From: Takakia lepidozioides
Taxonomy: Eukaryota; Plantae; Bryophyta
DNA length: 64,000 nt
Direction of reading: 5' to 3'
NCBI GenBank assembly: GCA_030704615.1
Contig: CM060731.1
Location: forward strand, 87,792,001-87,856,000
The position numbers and the translations under genes were made by a program. Under the pieces are notes generated by a model that searched no databases, was not told the DNA's origin, and was given only the letters and a program-made list of their open reading frames with translations. Positions 11,273-23,834 of this stretch are shown piece by piece. The number at the start of each line of letters is the position of its first letter. The stretch's first letter is position 1.

Positions 11273-14190
11273 AAGTCCAAAAATGCTTCTACTATTTTAG
11301 CATCGTACTCACTTGGCTCATACCAGTACCTTCTCTTGGCTTTGTGGCGAGGGGCATGTACATATTCCACCCAATCAGCTCCGCCCTTTGGGCAAGCTTC
11401 TTCCATGGCTGCAACCTAAGGAGGAATTGTGTCAGAGACGGTCTGCTAAATGCAAATGAAGAAGAGCAAGCAAAAAAAGAAATGAAGGTTTGGCGGTGAA
11501 GAAGTCTTGTGAAGCTGATACCTTTGTACTTCGGCAACGACGGGCATGCGGCCTTTGAAGAGCGGGCGGGCGCTACAAATGAATCGTCGAGTCGAAGAGG
11601 CAGAAACCGCAAAGCGCAACACATCGTGCAGTCGCAAAGTGGAGAGACGCGAAAGACGCAAGAGGAGGAAGAGGCGAGGACCCCAACGTATGGCTCACTG
11701 CTAAGCGTGACAGGAGCACGTGTGCGACCGCCGAGGCCATGCACGTCGGCCATTGGACTGTCGTCGAAACATCAAACGTCCTTGCGGCACAATAATGTCC
11801 GCCGCTAAGGACTTCCATGGTCTGCCCTAAGTCCTTCCGCCAAAAGGGTCGGCCAAAAGGCTCTGCCAAAAGGGTTTGTGGCATTGGTCTGTTGCATTTG
11901 TGCGGCAAAGATTGTCTGCACTCGATCTACCGTCAGGGTGTGACCAGAGTTCTCCAGGCTGGTCTGTTGGTTCGGTCTTCTTGTCTGGATTGGCATGGTG
12001 CACTCTTCTCTTCTCTTGCTCTGCCCATCTGGTCTGCCCTCTGTTTGCAGTGTGTCCCCACCCGTTTCACAATTTCAATGGTCCCCAGGCTTGGTCTCTG
12101 CATCCCCGCACTGTCATGGTAACACTTGGAAGGTCCACTGGTTCGTTGCACAAAAAATTCCGCCACACATGCCCATTTCGTCCTGCATCGATGGGTCCAC
12201 TTGCAAACAACATCCAAGAGACGGAACTCGGGAGGAAATCAGAATTTTATACAGCCAGCCATGCACATATGCTTCTATAATTTTTGCAATGCCATTCCAC
12301 ACATGCTATATGGAGGACAAGCCTTGAACAAGACAGTGTGACAAGGGAAAGGCCGATTCTCAATTGATGTCTGCTAAAATGAGTCGTACTTGTTAGCAAA
12401 GACCTAAATACTTCCATTCAAGTCTGCACTGTAAACTCAATGTAACTCACTTCCCCGCGCTCAAAACAGTCCACGAATAGGCGAACAACAAAGCAAAAAT
12501 AGTAGAAGCATATGAACAAAAGAGGTTGGGCTTGAAACGATGGACTCCGACGTTGCTAGAGAGTCCATGGAGTCATGCAAAGGGATTCTTCACAACCGGC
12601 AAGTCTGTTGGTTCTAAACAGTCAAACAACAAACAACAGCAAGCAACACCGGCAACAGAGAAAAAAAATAAAATGCAAAAGGGGTATGAGGAGATCGGCG
12701 AGTGCCATGGCGTGCCCTGAATTCGGACGGTCTGGATAAAATCGGGTCTGGACGGGCAGATGCGTGCAACATAGCTCTGGGTCTGTTGTGCCGGTCTAGG
12801 GTGGTCTGCCAGACGACATGCGCCAGCAGCGGGCAGACCGAGCTTGGGCAGACCCACTGGGGACCCGATGGCAGGCGGACCCAGCGGCAAGGGCGGGCGG
12901 GCGAGCGGGGGCCGCGGTCCAGGGGCGGGCTGGGTGGCTGCAGGGCTGCCGACCGCGCTGCGCGGCTGGCAGGTGGGGGTGGGCGGGGGGGGGAGGTCGA
13001 CCCCGTGTCCGTGCGGGCGTGCGCGCCCTGTCCCACACGCGCGACATAAACTCCCAATTATTCAAAAATGAGAGGCTTATTTTTTTTTGGGGGGGGGGGG
13101 GGAGGTTTTGTCGGTTTTCTATTGATCAGTCCCACACCCTTGTTCATGGTTCAATTATCGTATCACCATTTGCCATTTTCGGATCTTTGGCGGTCTGTTT
13201 CTTTTGCAGAAACTATGAAGACACCATCTACACGTGTCCATTGCCGTTTTCTAAGGTTTTGTCCCCTGTAGTGGGAAAAGGTTTCTACAATGTCGGGGGT
13301 TGTGAATTCAAGTTCTGGGGCAGGGTCGTCTGGGGGTCGGAGGAAGAGAAAATGTGCCCACGAGCGGGATAGCCAAGTCAACAAACCAGACTACCCGGGA
13401 CCGGATGCCTTGGATATGGTGAAAGAAGTGGTAGTGAATTATTTCAAGGATATGGACATGATGAGGCTAGAGAGTGCTTATGTCAGGCATGGATGGGAGG
13501 GGTTTCAGATTTTCCAGCAAAATATGGAGAGGAAAGTCAGAATTCACATCGCCGGACTAGGGTTGTCCCTTGGAAGGCGGGGTCATCGGGCGGGGGAGGC
13601 ACAACTGGTCTTTATTACCTGAACTCTACTGCGAAGGTGGTAGAGATTGGCCCTTACAAAGAATGAGGGTATGCTAAGGTCCGTCAGTGTAGGATTGTTG
13701 GCGATTCTAGAATACCGGAGCATTGGGAGCTAGCGGGAAAAAAACCTAAGTCCAAAAATCCAGAAAAGCGTTGAGATAACATAACGACGAGTGTTTGGCA
13801 GTGAAGTTCCAACATCCGGGTGTTATCTCATATTTTGCTGTGAATGCACGTGAGGTAGAGGGATACACTCGCTGGTGGAATGGGGGGACAATACGCGACA
13901 TGATGAAGCGGTACGAATAAATGGCGGCGCTCATTATGATCAAGTACGTTCGAGGACCAATTTACGGGAGGCTGTTGGCATTCAATGCTACAAATGTTGT
14001 ACGACAACAACAAGAATGAGAGAGTCACATTAGCCCATGTAGTACTTTGGTTCATGGGCAAGTCTTTTCAATTGGCCTGAGCCGAAATACGTATATAGGA
14101 CGGAGTAGACCATAGTTTCGTAGATATGAGATTTGTGGCGGTACAATGGTTCTTTTATCAAGACAGAACTCAATTTTGATCGTGCATGTA

Positions 14191-15590
14191 ATAAATAAAG
14201 TCTCATTGTAAATACTATATTGCATATGCTCGACCCTGACAACTATCATTGCAACATAAATGGTTTGTGTATTGTCTCACTGTTTATATTTGTAATGTTC
14301 CAACGTTTTCGCTAGGGTTCTGAGAAAACGATGTATTAGTTCCGTAAGAGTTAAACAATAAACGTCTCACATCTCAGTCGGATGTGCGACACTACCATGA
14401 GAGGCATGGATCGAAAACTAATAGGGACACAAGCGACCTCCGAAGTCCGAACGTTTGAACTTTGATACTAGGTCCAGCGAATGGTCTACTTGAACGTCCG
14501 GAGGTCGCATGTACACCTATTACTTTTTGATCCATGTCACTCATGATAGTGTCGACATTTGAATGAAATATGGAACGTTTGTTGTCTAATTCATACATAA
14601 CCAATATATCATTTTCTCAGTACCCTGTCAGAAACATTGAAACATTCGAAGTTACAAACAATGACACAATACACGGCCCGTTTTGTTGACATGACATCTG
14701 TGAGGTTCGAGCGTATGCAATTTATTATTTACAATGGAACTTTATTTACTCGGGGGACCGGTGCTGCTGCATAAGCGCAACTGATGGTGCGAGTTCTTTA
14801 TTGATTGGAGCTGTCACAACCAATGTCAACAATCATATTTACGGTAAGGTGTTTCATGCTATTATTGTTCCTCTAGCTGAATTCTATAGTACTCTTTTTG
14901 CTATTCCCATGCCAACAACATCAGGTCCTCTGAGACTGTCATGTTCAAGCAAACGTATCAGCCATCCCGGCCAGCTTGCAGGTTGCAGGCACGGCCCACC
15001 ATAAATTGAATGATTGGAGATTTTGTGCGAAGTTTCTGGGTTCATGTCCGTGATGGCTGATACGGAATTCGGAATATGGCCGTCCCAGTAGACCTGATGT
15101 TGTTGGCATGGGAGTAGCAAAACGTTTCCTAAAGAATTCAGCTACATGAAAATCGGCAGTATGAAAAACCTTGCAGTACATATGATTCTTGAGATTGTTT
15201 GCACGGATTATTTGTGTTTGTGCTTTCAAGTGACGAACATTTTTGCCATGGTGCGGAAGAGGTGCATTGGCCACATTAAACGGTTGATGTGATACTATTT
15301 CACAAATGTATCACATCGCATTTGTGAAAATGTATCACATGAACCGTTCCATGTGGCCTACGAGAGTCTTCGATGGGTACGAGATCAATGTGGCCTACGA
15401 GATCAGCTTCCACCAACAAAACATGTGATCATTTCAGAGGTTCTTCATCCAGATGTTCAACATGCTGAGATCTTCTGTAATGTCTCTTGCTTCGTATTAC
15501 GTAATGAGGTGCTTCTCCAACTCTTATTTTAGATAAAGTGGACATAGAGAAGCACCGCATTACAAAGCATGAGACACTACAAAAAGAGCT
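14191..15590. repeat. Cluster of four imperfect inverted repeats (fold-backs)
   Basis: Arm pairs at about 14191-14331/14608-14750, 14824-14928/15092-15195 and 15470-15518/15547-15588, plus a hairpin at 15281-15346. Confidence 0.75.
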
Positions 15591-15829
15591 TCAAATGGCA
15601 TACCATGTAACAGGTCCCAGTATAATCGAAGACGAAACTCCATTCATTCAATGGGCGATTGAATGGTTGCCCATCCAAATGATTTTCGTTTGTTTTCAAT
15701 CTTTGCCACTATGTTCAACATATCATGTATCAGGTCCCGGACTAATGAGATCAATCGAAATTCATTGATGGCTTTACGGATGGTTGACCATCGAAATGAT
15801 TTTGGTTGGCTTTGAGACTTGGCCACTAT

Positions 15830-17760
15830 GTTGAAGCCCCTATTTTTCCCCCACGTGCTTGAACATGTGTGCGACACATGTGTGGAGACACATTAGACGA
15901 ATAAATCATTTGCCTCCCCATCGATGCGCTTTCCCCTCAAGCCATTCCATAATTTAATTGAATTTAAATTCATTTTAAGCCAATAAATAGGTTTGCATTG
16001 CCTTTCATTGGGGGTTTCTGGCACATATCGATTTTGTTTTTCGCTCAATTTTGTTCTGCGGCTTCAAGCATCCCACCGCTACTCCCCCACCAAAATTTGG
16101 ACCAATCAAAAATTCCCCCCAAAAAAAATGTTCTCTTCGCTCACTATTGCAGAACTATCTATGAAGAATGCATGAAGTAAAACACAAATCAAGTTTGGAG
16201 TGCCAAGCAGGGAAGAAACTGTGGTTTTGGGTCCAAATGAATTATGTTCGCTCCCAAATTTGGCACGCACGTTGCATATGGAGCCATTACATGCCCCATT
16301 CAAAAACAAAATGAAAAAAAAAATTGTGAGCACGCGAAACGCAGTCCAACAGGTCCCAAAGTAATAGTAGATCCAACGGAATACATTCAACGGGTGAACG
16401 GATGGTTGCCTATCCAAATCATTTTTGTTTGCTTCCAAACTTTGCCAGTACGTTTGAGACACCTTCTCACAAGTCCCAGACTAATATGAGATCAATCAAA
16501 ATTTATTCAATGGCTCAATGGATGGTTGGCCATCGAAATGATTTTGGTTCACTTTCAGCCACTATGTTCAACGTGCCATGTAGTAGGCCCCAGAGTAATA
16601 TGAGATCAATCGAAATTCGTTCAATGGGCCAACGGATGGTTGCCCATCCAAATGATTTTCGTTCACTTTGAGACTTGGCCAGCGTGTTCAATGTACCCTC
16701 TGATACATCCCCGTGTAATATGAGATCAATCAAAATTCATTTGATGGGCCAATGAGGCGATCACTTGTCATCTGTTTTTTGTTCAATGCGAAGAAAAAAA
16801 TCCTGCAATGCGTGCACGACTATTGCACCCATTGAACGGATGTGGTTGAAGCCCCTCTTTTGCCCCCATATGCTTGAACATGTGTGCGACACATGTGCGG
16901 AGACACATTAGACGAATAAATCATTTGCCTCCCCATCGAAGCACTCACCCCTCAAGCCATTCCAGAATTTAATTGAATTTAAATTCATTTTAAGCCAATA
17001 AATAGGTTTGCATTGTCTTTCATTGGGGGTTTCTGGCATGTATCGATTTTTTTTTTCGCTCAATTTTGTTCTGTGGCTTCAAGCATCCCACCGCTACTCC
17101 CCCACCAAAATTTGGACCAATCAAAAATGCCCGAAAAAAAAATGTTCTCTTCGCACACTATTGCAGAACTCTCTATGAGAGTGCATGAAGTAGAATACAA
17201 ATCAAGTTTGGAGTGCCAAACAGGGAAGAAACTATGGTTTTGGGTCCAAATGAATTATGTTTGCTCCCAAATTTGGCACGCACATTGCATATGGAGTCAT
17301 TACACGCCCCATTCAAAAACAGAATGAAAAAAAAATCGTGAGAACGCGAAACGCAGTCCAACAAGTCCCAAAGTAATAGTAGATCCAACGGAATACATTC
17401 AACGGGTGAACGGATGGTTGCCTATCCAAATCATTTTTGTTTGCTTCCAAACTTTGCCAGTATGTTCAAGACACCCTCTCATAGGTCCCAGATTAATATG
17501 AGATCAATCGAAATTCATTCAATGGCTCGACGGATGGTTGGCCATCGAAATGATTTTGGTTCGCTTTGAGACTTGGCCACTATGTTCAATGTGCCATGTA
17601 ACAGGCCCCAGAGTAATATGAGATCAATCGAAATTTGTTCAATGGGCCAACGGCTGGTTGCCCATCAAAATGATTTTCGTTCGCTTTGAGACTTGGCCAG
17701 TGTGTTCAATGTACTCTCTGATACGTCCCAGTGTAATATGAGATCAATCAAAATTATTTT
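15830..17760. repeat. ~1.0-kb tandem duplication containing ~118-bp subrepeats
   Basis: 15830-16745 is repeated at 16845-17760 (offset about 1010-1020). The internal unit atatgagatcaatcgaaattc...ggatggttg.ccatc.aaatgattt recurs and also appears at ~15640-15830. Confidence 0.9.
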
Positions 17761-17954
17761 GTGCTTTGAGAACTTTGTGGGTATGTTCGTCATACGTAAA
17801 AAGATCATAGAATTTGCGAAATGATTATGAAATACGCAAGGACCAGGCGAAATTTGTTTGGAAGACGAGCGTTCGTAACTATTATAACTTATTGGTTAAC
17901 ATCAATTTTCCTTGGTCACATTGTCTATGTACTATGCTGTCAGTCATTAAAATC

Positions 17955-19212
17955 CTAGTCGTCACTGTCCGAGGACAAGGAATCTGATGTCGTGGCCTGA
18001 TTTGAACTACCAATTGCCAGAGCTTGCGACCGTGATCTCGTGGTCAATGAGGGGCCCAATGGCATGTGATCAATTCTGGCCTGCATCCGCCTACTTCGCG
18101 GCGAAAATTGATTTTTTTCTTCACTCTCACGACGTGGCGGAGATGGATCGAGAACAAGTGCTCGTGCTGCATGCAAATTGGCAACGAGGCCGTCCACATC
18201 CGGCAATAGAGCCCCCGAAACACGATGATAACGGTCTGTCCATAGTCGCATCCATTGCTCTACAACTGCCTTGATGGTATTTTTGAAACTTTCCAACTGC
18301 CTCTCGCGGGCCCTGTCCCTAATCATTGTGCCGTTTCGACGATAAGCCGCATCGTACGCCTCATTCATTCGGTGTTGACATATTATAACATCTTCCAGTT
18401 CGGACAGCAACAAATGTCTCCCAATCGGTTGTCGGTCATACAATTCATTGTCCTCCGGCATCCATGGAACTGTGGGAGCCGGATAAACCTGGACCTTCTC
18501 TCACTCCAATGCCCTCCCAGATTGCGGCAAAACTGCTCTCTCTCCCAACAATCGGGAATGCCTCCCGTACGTATGGTTATCTCCCACTAAGATGTGACCC
18601 AGAAATACTGGGGATCTTTGATGTATGCCGGGTTTCCGGCATGTATGCCATGCATCTCTCTGTCTGCATCCCATACCAAGTTCTTGCCCCAATGCACACA
18701 ATTCATATATGTGAATGGTAGCCCATCCAATGGGAGGTTGTGTCGATTGTATTCAAAACCTATGGGCATCCGATCCTCTAAGCCCACCAGCTCATAGAAA
18801 CGGCGATGGATTGGTGTACGACATTCCGGGCAAGCGCTCATCCGCAAGGCTTGCGGGATAAGACATGTGAGAGTTGACCCCACAATTTGCAATGCACCTC
18901 ATTCGCCCTATGTTGGAAATGCAAGTTCGTGCAAGACTTGGACTCTGCGTAATTGTTTCGGGTTTGCACGTCATGCTTATCCGAAGGCCACAATCGATTG
19001 ATGTGGTACCACTTCACGAATTTTTTGCATCTCGCCATCGGCCACCTGAACTCTTCCGGAACATCCTCCCAGACCTCTTCTGCTAGTATGTCAGGGTCAC
19101 CATATACTTCCCAATTCAAGGCTTGCCTTGACCATTTGATTTTCCTAGGGGGTGGTCCATGTTCATTGGGGTCATCTCTTCCATGACGCTCATCGTCTTG
19201 GTCCTCTGCCAT
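17955..19212 (-). pseudogene. Disrupted ORF with a RING-finger-like remnant, probably TE cargo
   Basis: Consecutive broken ORFs 18838..19212, 18587..18892 and 17955..18461. TCLIPQALRMSACPECRTPIHRRFY resembles the C-terminal half of a RING domain. Confidence 0.4.
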
Positions 19213-19598
19213 TTTGCAACAATCGGAGCAACACTAAACGAGGTTTACTAATAAGACATAACTCTAAATCCTTCACCCTAAACGAGTTTGAGTAGGTGTC
19301 AAAATAGTTCCTAAAAGCTAATTTTGTAGAATAAAATGATCCTGGAAGCCAGAGGAGGGCCTATGGGAGCATTTTGCAATGACCTCGCAGAAATCATGGC
19401 AAAAAATACCCCCCACCCAACCAATGGTCTCCTTCTCCACGTGACTATGTGTCGTGGAATAATGAAATGTCATGCACACAGAAGTTGTGTGGAGATGAAG
19501 TGAGGGGAGAATGAGCCTCCCTTGGCTTATATGCCCACCCCCCCTCATTCCTCGGGCCACGTGCAGGCAAACCTTCTAGAAGCGACCGCCAAGTTGGC

Positions 19599-20121
19599 TG
19601 TCGTGCACCTAAGCATCGTGCCACAACATACATCGCTGTCCTACCACACTTCTTAGCATATAGTCCTAGAAAGCCACACCACAATGATACGGAAATGGTG
19701 AAAAGAGGAGAAACCACTCTATCACGTTATATAAGTCAAGCCAATGGCACCTTTGCTAAAGGACTCCACCATACAGACCTCACCCACTCTCCATCTCAAG
19801 TACTACAGCTATGGCGGCGAGAGAGGCATCGGGAGGCTCGACTAGAAGAAGACGAGCCTGCCTACGTCTCACGTGGAGATAACCTCCCCACGTCCCAAGT
19901 GAGGTTCGCCACCTCACTTGGCACATGGAACCAAATGAAGTCCCAATGCCAACAAAATACAAATATAAATGTATAATGTCTTAATTAGCTAGAAATAACT
20001 ATTTCTAACTAATCACAAACAAAACCATGACAGTTGTCATGCACCTAAGCATCGTGCCACAACATACATCGTTGTCCAACCACACTTCCTAGCATATAGT
20101 CCTAGAAAGCCACACCACAAT
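19599..20121 (-). repeat. 3' terminal repeat block B1-A2-B2 (B1 20121-20035, A2 20032-19685, B2 19685-19599)
   Basis: 19599-19685 and 20035-20121 are 87-bp direct repeats with 4 mismatches. 19685-20032 matches 34091-34349. A purine tract AGGGGGGCGA (minus strand, 20130-20121) precedes B1. Confidence 0.9.
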
Positions 20122-20376
20122 CGCCCCCCTAACTGGTGATTAGGTCCCTCTAACACCGGATAGCTTGCAAGTATCCACCCCAATAAGATCATCATTTGGT
20201 CTTCAATCGTACAAGTCCCAACACCTGAAGTCGATAGATCAAGAGGCCGGGTGAAAACGTAGCCCCATCATTAGTCGCCTTCATGCAATCCATGATCTTC
20301 AGTTGAGTATCCATGGCATTGAAGCCCCACTAGCTAGACCTTGGATCACTTGTCCGCCTCACCATTGTCATGCCCA

Positions 20377-21675
20377 CTACCTCTGTCCAAGGCATCGTGG
20401 ACACAACCATTCTCCGATAGGAACCTCCTCAAGTGGCGGTGTCAAGCATCCCATGTGCCACCCCCTTAAGCATTTGTCACACACCAACATGGTTGCGGCG
20501 CCACCAGCATGCCCACATAGCATGCAACGCAACCCTGTAGGTACCACTGCAAGGTTGGGATCTATCCTCCCATCCACATGTGGAAGGTGACATGGCGCAC
20601 AATTGCGCACATGGTCCTTCCATACCATGCCATCTCGACCCTCCAAAATCAACATTCCTGAAGGCAACACCTCCCTGACCCTTAGAATCACACGTCCTGC
20701 TGTGACATCCAAGGTCGTACGCGCTGTCTGTTGCAGATACACATAGTTCCCAGGGTGGAAATGCCGAACACTTGGCCGATATCCCCCTCCACATATAGTG
20801 GCGTACCTCAATGTGTCTCGGTGTTGGGCAATAGCAAGGTTCTCAAAAGCAATAGGCATGACTCTCTTGAACAACTCTGCCCGCTGGGCACATGCTTGTG
20901 TCCACACATCCGGATCATCAAGGTTGAGAACTACTGCAACCTCCCTGCGAATAGATGCAGGCAAATCTGGCTCTCGGCCGAAGAGAAGAAAGTAAGGTGA
21001 GAAGGAGGCAAGTGAAGCTTGTTTGCTGAACCTATAGCCCATAGCTAGCCAAGGCAGTTGAAGGTCCCAATCTCCTAGGTGTCCCTTCTGCAAACCGTAC
21101 TTGCGCAAACCTCTCTTAACTGTCTGAACAACTCTCTCCGCCAAGCCATCAGCCTCGGGATGATCCCAAGAAGTAGTGCGGTGATCTATCAAGGCTTGCT
21201 CACACAAAGCCTGAAACTCCCCCAAAAACTCTCTCCCCTGGCCCGTGAGTACCTTGGCTGGAGCACCAAAATGGCTAAGCACTCGATCTAAGAATGCATA
21301 CGCAACCCTATCACTTGCCTTGTTAGGCAATGCCACCAGTTCAATCCATTTGGAAAAATGTTCCACCATCAACAACACATACTTGTTATGGCGAATCGTC
21401 AATGGCAATGGGCATGCGAAGTCAAGACTCCAACGATAGCCCAAACCCATAATGGGTAAATGATGCAATTGTGGAGTAGGGGCGTTGAAAGAAGCCTGCA
21501 CTCTATCACACACCATGCACCTTGCCACTAACTGTTGCACATCCGTGTGCATGCCCTGCCACCAATACTGCCCTTGCAGCAAACTATGAGTGCGCCGCAC
21601 CCCAAAATATCCCAACTCCTCATGGGCATGGCGTACTAATCGCGCTCGTTGTGTTGGACGAGGCACAATCCTCAC
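20377..21675 (-). CDS. DDE integrase with C-terminal PHD finger (part of the A2 pol)
   Basis: Degenerate HHCC (HEELGY...CMVC), WSLDF, TGQG (TDQG in A1) and ERVVQT. Ends in C4HC3 PHD: CMLC...CDKCLRGWHMGC...VPIGEWLCPRC. A TGA separates it in frame from RNase H. Confidence 0.9.
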   Translation of the reverse strand: MRIVPRPTQRARLVRHAHEELGYFGVRRTHSLLQGQYWWQGMHTDVQQLVARCMVCDRVQASFNAPTPQLHHLPIMGLGYRWSLDFACPLPLTIRHNKYVLLMVEHFSKWIELVALPNKASDRVAYAFLDRVLSHFGAPAKVLTGQGREFLGEFQALCEQALIDHRTTSWDHPEADGLAERVVQTVKRGLRKYGLQKGHLGDWDLQLPWLAMGYRFSKQASLASFSPYFLLFGREPDLPASIRREVAVVLNLDDPDVWTQACAQRAELFKRVMPIAFENLAIAQHRDTLRYATICGGGYRPSVRHFHPGNYVYLQQTARTTLDVTAGRVILRVREVLPSGMLILEGRDGMVWKDHVRNCAPCHLPHVDGRIDPNLAVVPTGLRCMLCGHAGGAATMLVCDKCLRGWHMGCLTPPLEEVPIGEWLCPRCLGQR

Positions 21676-23450
21676 TCATCCATCCTCCCATACCCGGAGT
21701 AGATGAGTCCCCTCCCACTTGAACCTCTTGTTTCGTTGTAGGACCCGATCTCTCTCCTTAGCAGTCACACTGGCTGCTGTCTCTCCGGTACGAAGGTATG
21801 CCAACACTGCTGCATCTTCATGCACATCCTTAGCACCACCAAACTCCTCACTAGTATCTGGATTGTCATGCACGCTATCTACATGACCAATCGCATGGGA
21901 TGGACCAGCTTGAGCTCCCATTGTTAGAATGCACAAAAAGACCGATGCATGCCATCCTGGCATCATCTCCTCATCTGTCTCACCATGCCACCGAGCTCCA
22001 GTATCATCATGCTCGCTCGTGCATGGATTACGACTCAATCCATCTGCATCCTGATTGACAATACCGGCTCGATGCACCACCTGGAAGTCGTACTCTTGAA
22101 GCATAAGTGCCCACCGTGCAAGCTTCCCTGTAAGCTTGTCTGACTCCATCAACCACTTCAATGGTTGGTGATCCGTGACAAGGGTGAAGAGATTGCCATA
22201 GAGGTAGCATCTGAAATGTGCCACTGCCCATACTGCAGCTAGACACTCCATTTCATAAGAACTATACTTCGCCTCGGCATCATTGTTCGAGCGGCTAGCA
22301 TATGCCACTACGAACTCCCTTCCCTCATCATCCACCTGTGTGAGCACTGTTCCAATCCCCAGCATACTCCAATCCGTATGTAGCTGGAAAGACCGCCCCC
22401 GAATAGGCCGCCTCAGAATAGGTGCAGAAGTCAATCGAGCCTTGAGTTTCTCAAATGCTTCCTCCTGCTCCTCCTCCCATTGCCACTCCTAACCCACATT
22501 GGTCAACTTGGTAAGAGCCTTTGCAATGCTGCTAAATCCCTTGATAAACCGTCGATAGTCGTTTGCCAATCCCATGAAAGCACGAACTCTGCTCACATCC
22601 ATGGGGCGTGGAATGCATGCAATGGCCTCCACCTTTGTCTGTTGAACACCCAATCCTCCAGGGTATATCATGTGGCCCAGATACTCAATCTGATTGTGGG
22701 AGAACTTGCACTTTCCGGGGTGCAGTTTCAACCCGTGCGCTCTCAAGCGCTCAAACACCACCTGAAGGTGTCTCTCATGCTCCTCAACCGTAGCACTAAA
22801 GACAATGATGTCATCAATATAGCACCGGGCAAAGTCTAGCCCCGCGAGAATCCTATCCATGACCCTCTGAAACTCTGCAGGAGCATTCTTCAACCCAAAC
22901 GGTAAGAACCGCCATTGGTACAAACAATCCTTCCCATGTTGGTCAATCCCCCAGAATGCTGTCTTTTGCTTGTCAGCCTCTTTGATTGGCAACTGGTGGT
23001 AACCGGATCGCAAGTCCAATGTGCTAAACACCTTTGCATGCCCAATGGCATCAAAGATCTCCTCTGGAGTTGGCATGGCATATCTATCGGACTTAGTCTG
23101 ACGGTTCACAGGACGATAGTCCCCACACATCCTTCTGTCCAATTGCCATAGATATCCTTCTTAGCTGGCATCACCATTGTCGAGGCATACTCCCCGCCTG
23201 ACAACTCCACCAATCCAGCTTCGAACAACTCCATAGTTCGTGACTGGATCAATGACCTCTCCATGTCACTATACCGGTAGGGCCTTTGAAAGATTGGCGT
23301 GTCACTTGCCAAATCAATACGAATCTCCTGACCTTTCAAACTCCCCAAATCCTTCAAACTAAAGGCAAAGCAATTTCTATAAGCCCTTAGAAATCGCTGG
23401 ATCCTCCGCTCTCTCCTCCGGTGACTGTAGATCCAACATTTGGTTCCCAA
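21676..23450 (-). pseudogene. Reverse transcriptase and RNase H of A2 (frameshifted)
   Basis: RT: FSTLDLRSGYHQ, LPFGLKNAPAEFQR, CYIDD. RNase H: LHTDWS, VAYASR, YSSYEMECLAAVWAV, TDHQPL. Confidence 0.92.
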
Positions 23451-23834
23451 TTGTCCTCAGTGACTGCAACCTTGGGTACACCAGGCTTGGAGGTAGGAGA
23501 CGAATCCCCTGGTTGCTAGATAGCAACCTCTTGGGCCTTGTCCGCCCAATCTGACTATGGCGTAGCCTCCACTTGCTCTGCCATAGCCACCTTACATCCT
23601 CCGCGCAAGAAACATCCTCGACCTCTTCAAAAACCTTGGTCACCTTGGCCTCCAACTGATCCTCAGTCCATGGCTCTCCCCACTCCTCATACTGCTGCTT
23701 GAGAGATCCAATGACTCTCTCTTTGCGCATCTCATCCCACATCTGCCATGGGTGTTTGCAACCCACGATCCTGTGCTCGCCCCCACTCACTGCCTCAACC
23801 GTTCCGGTTGGCAGGGAGAATGCACCATCCAATG

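Noticed and set aside
12570-13630. Overlapping GC-rich ORFs and the 110-aa ORF 13290..13622 as genes
   Set aside because: No recognisable domain. Openness in many frames is explained by GC richness.
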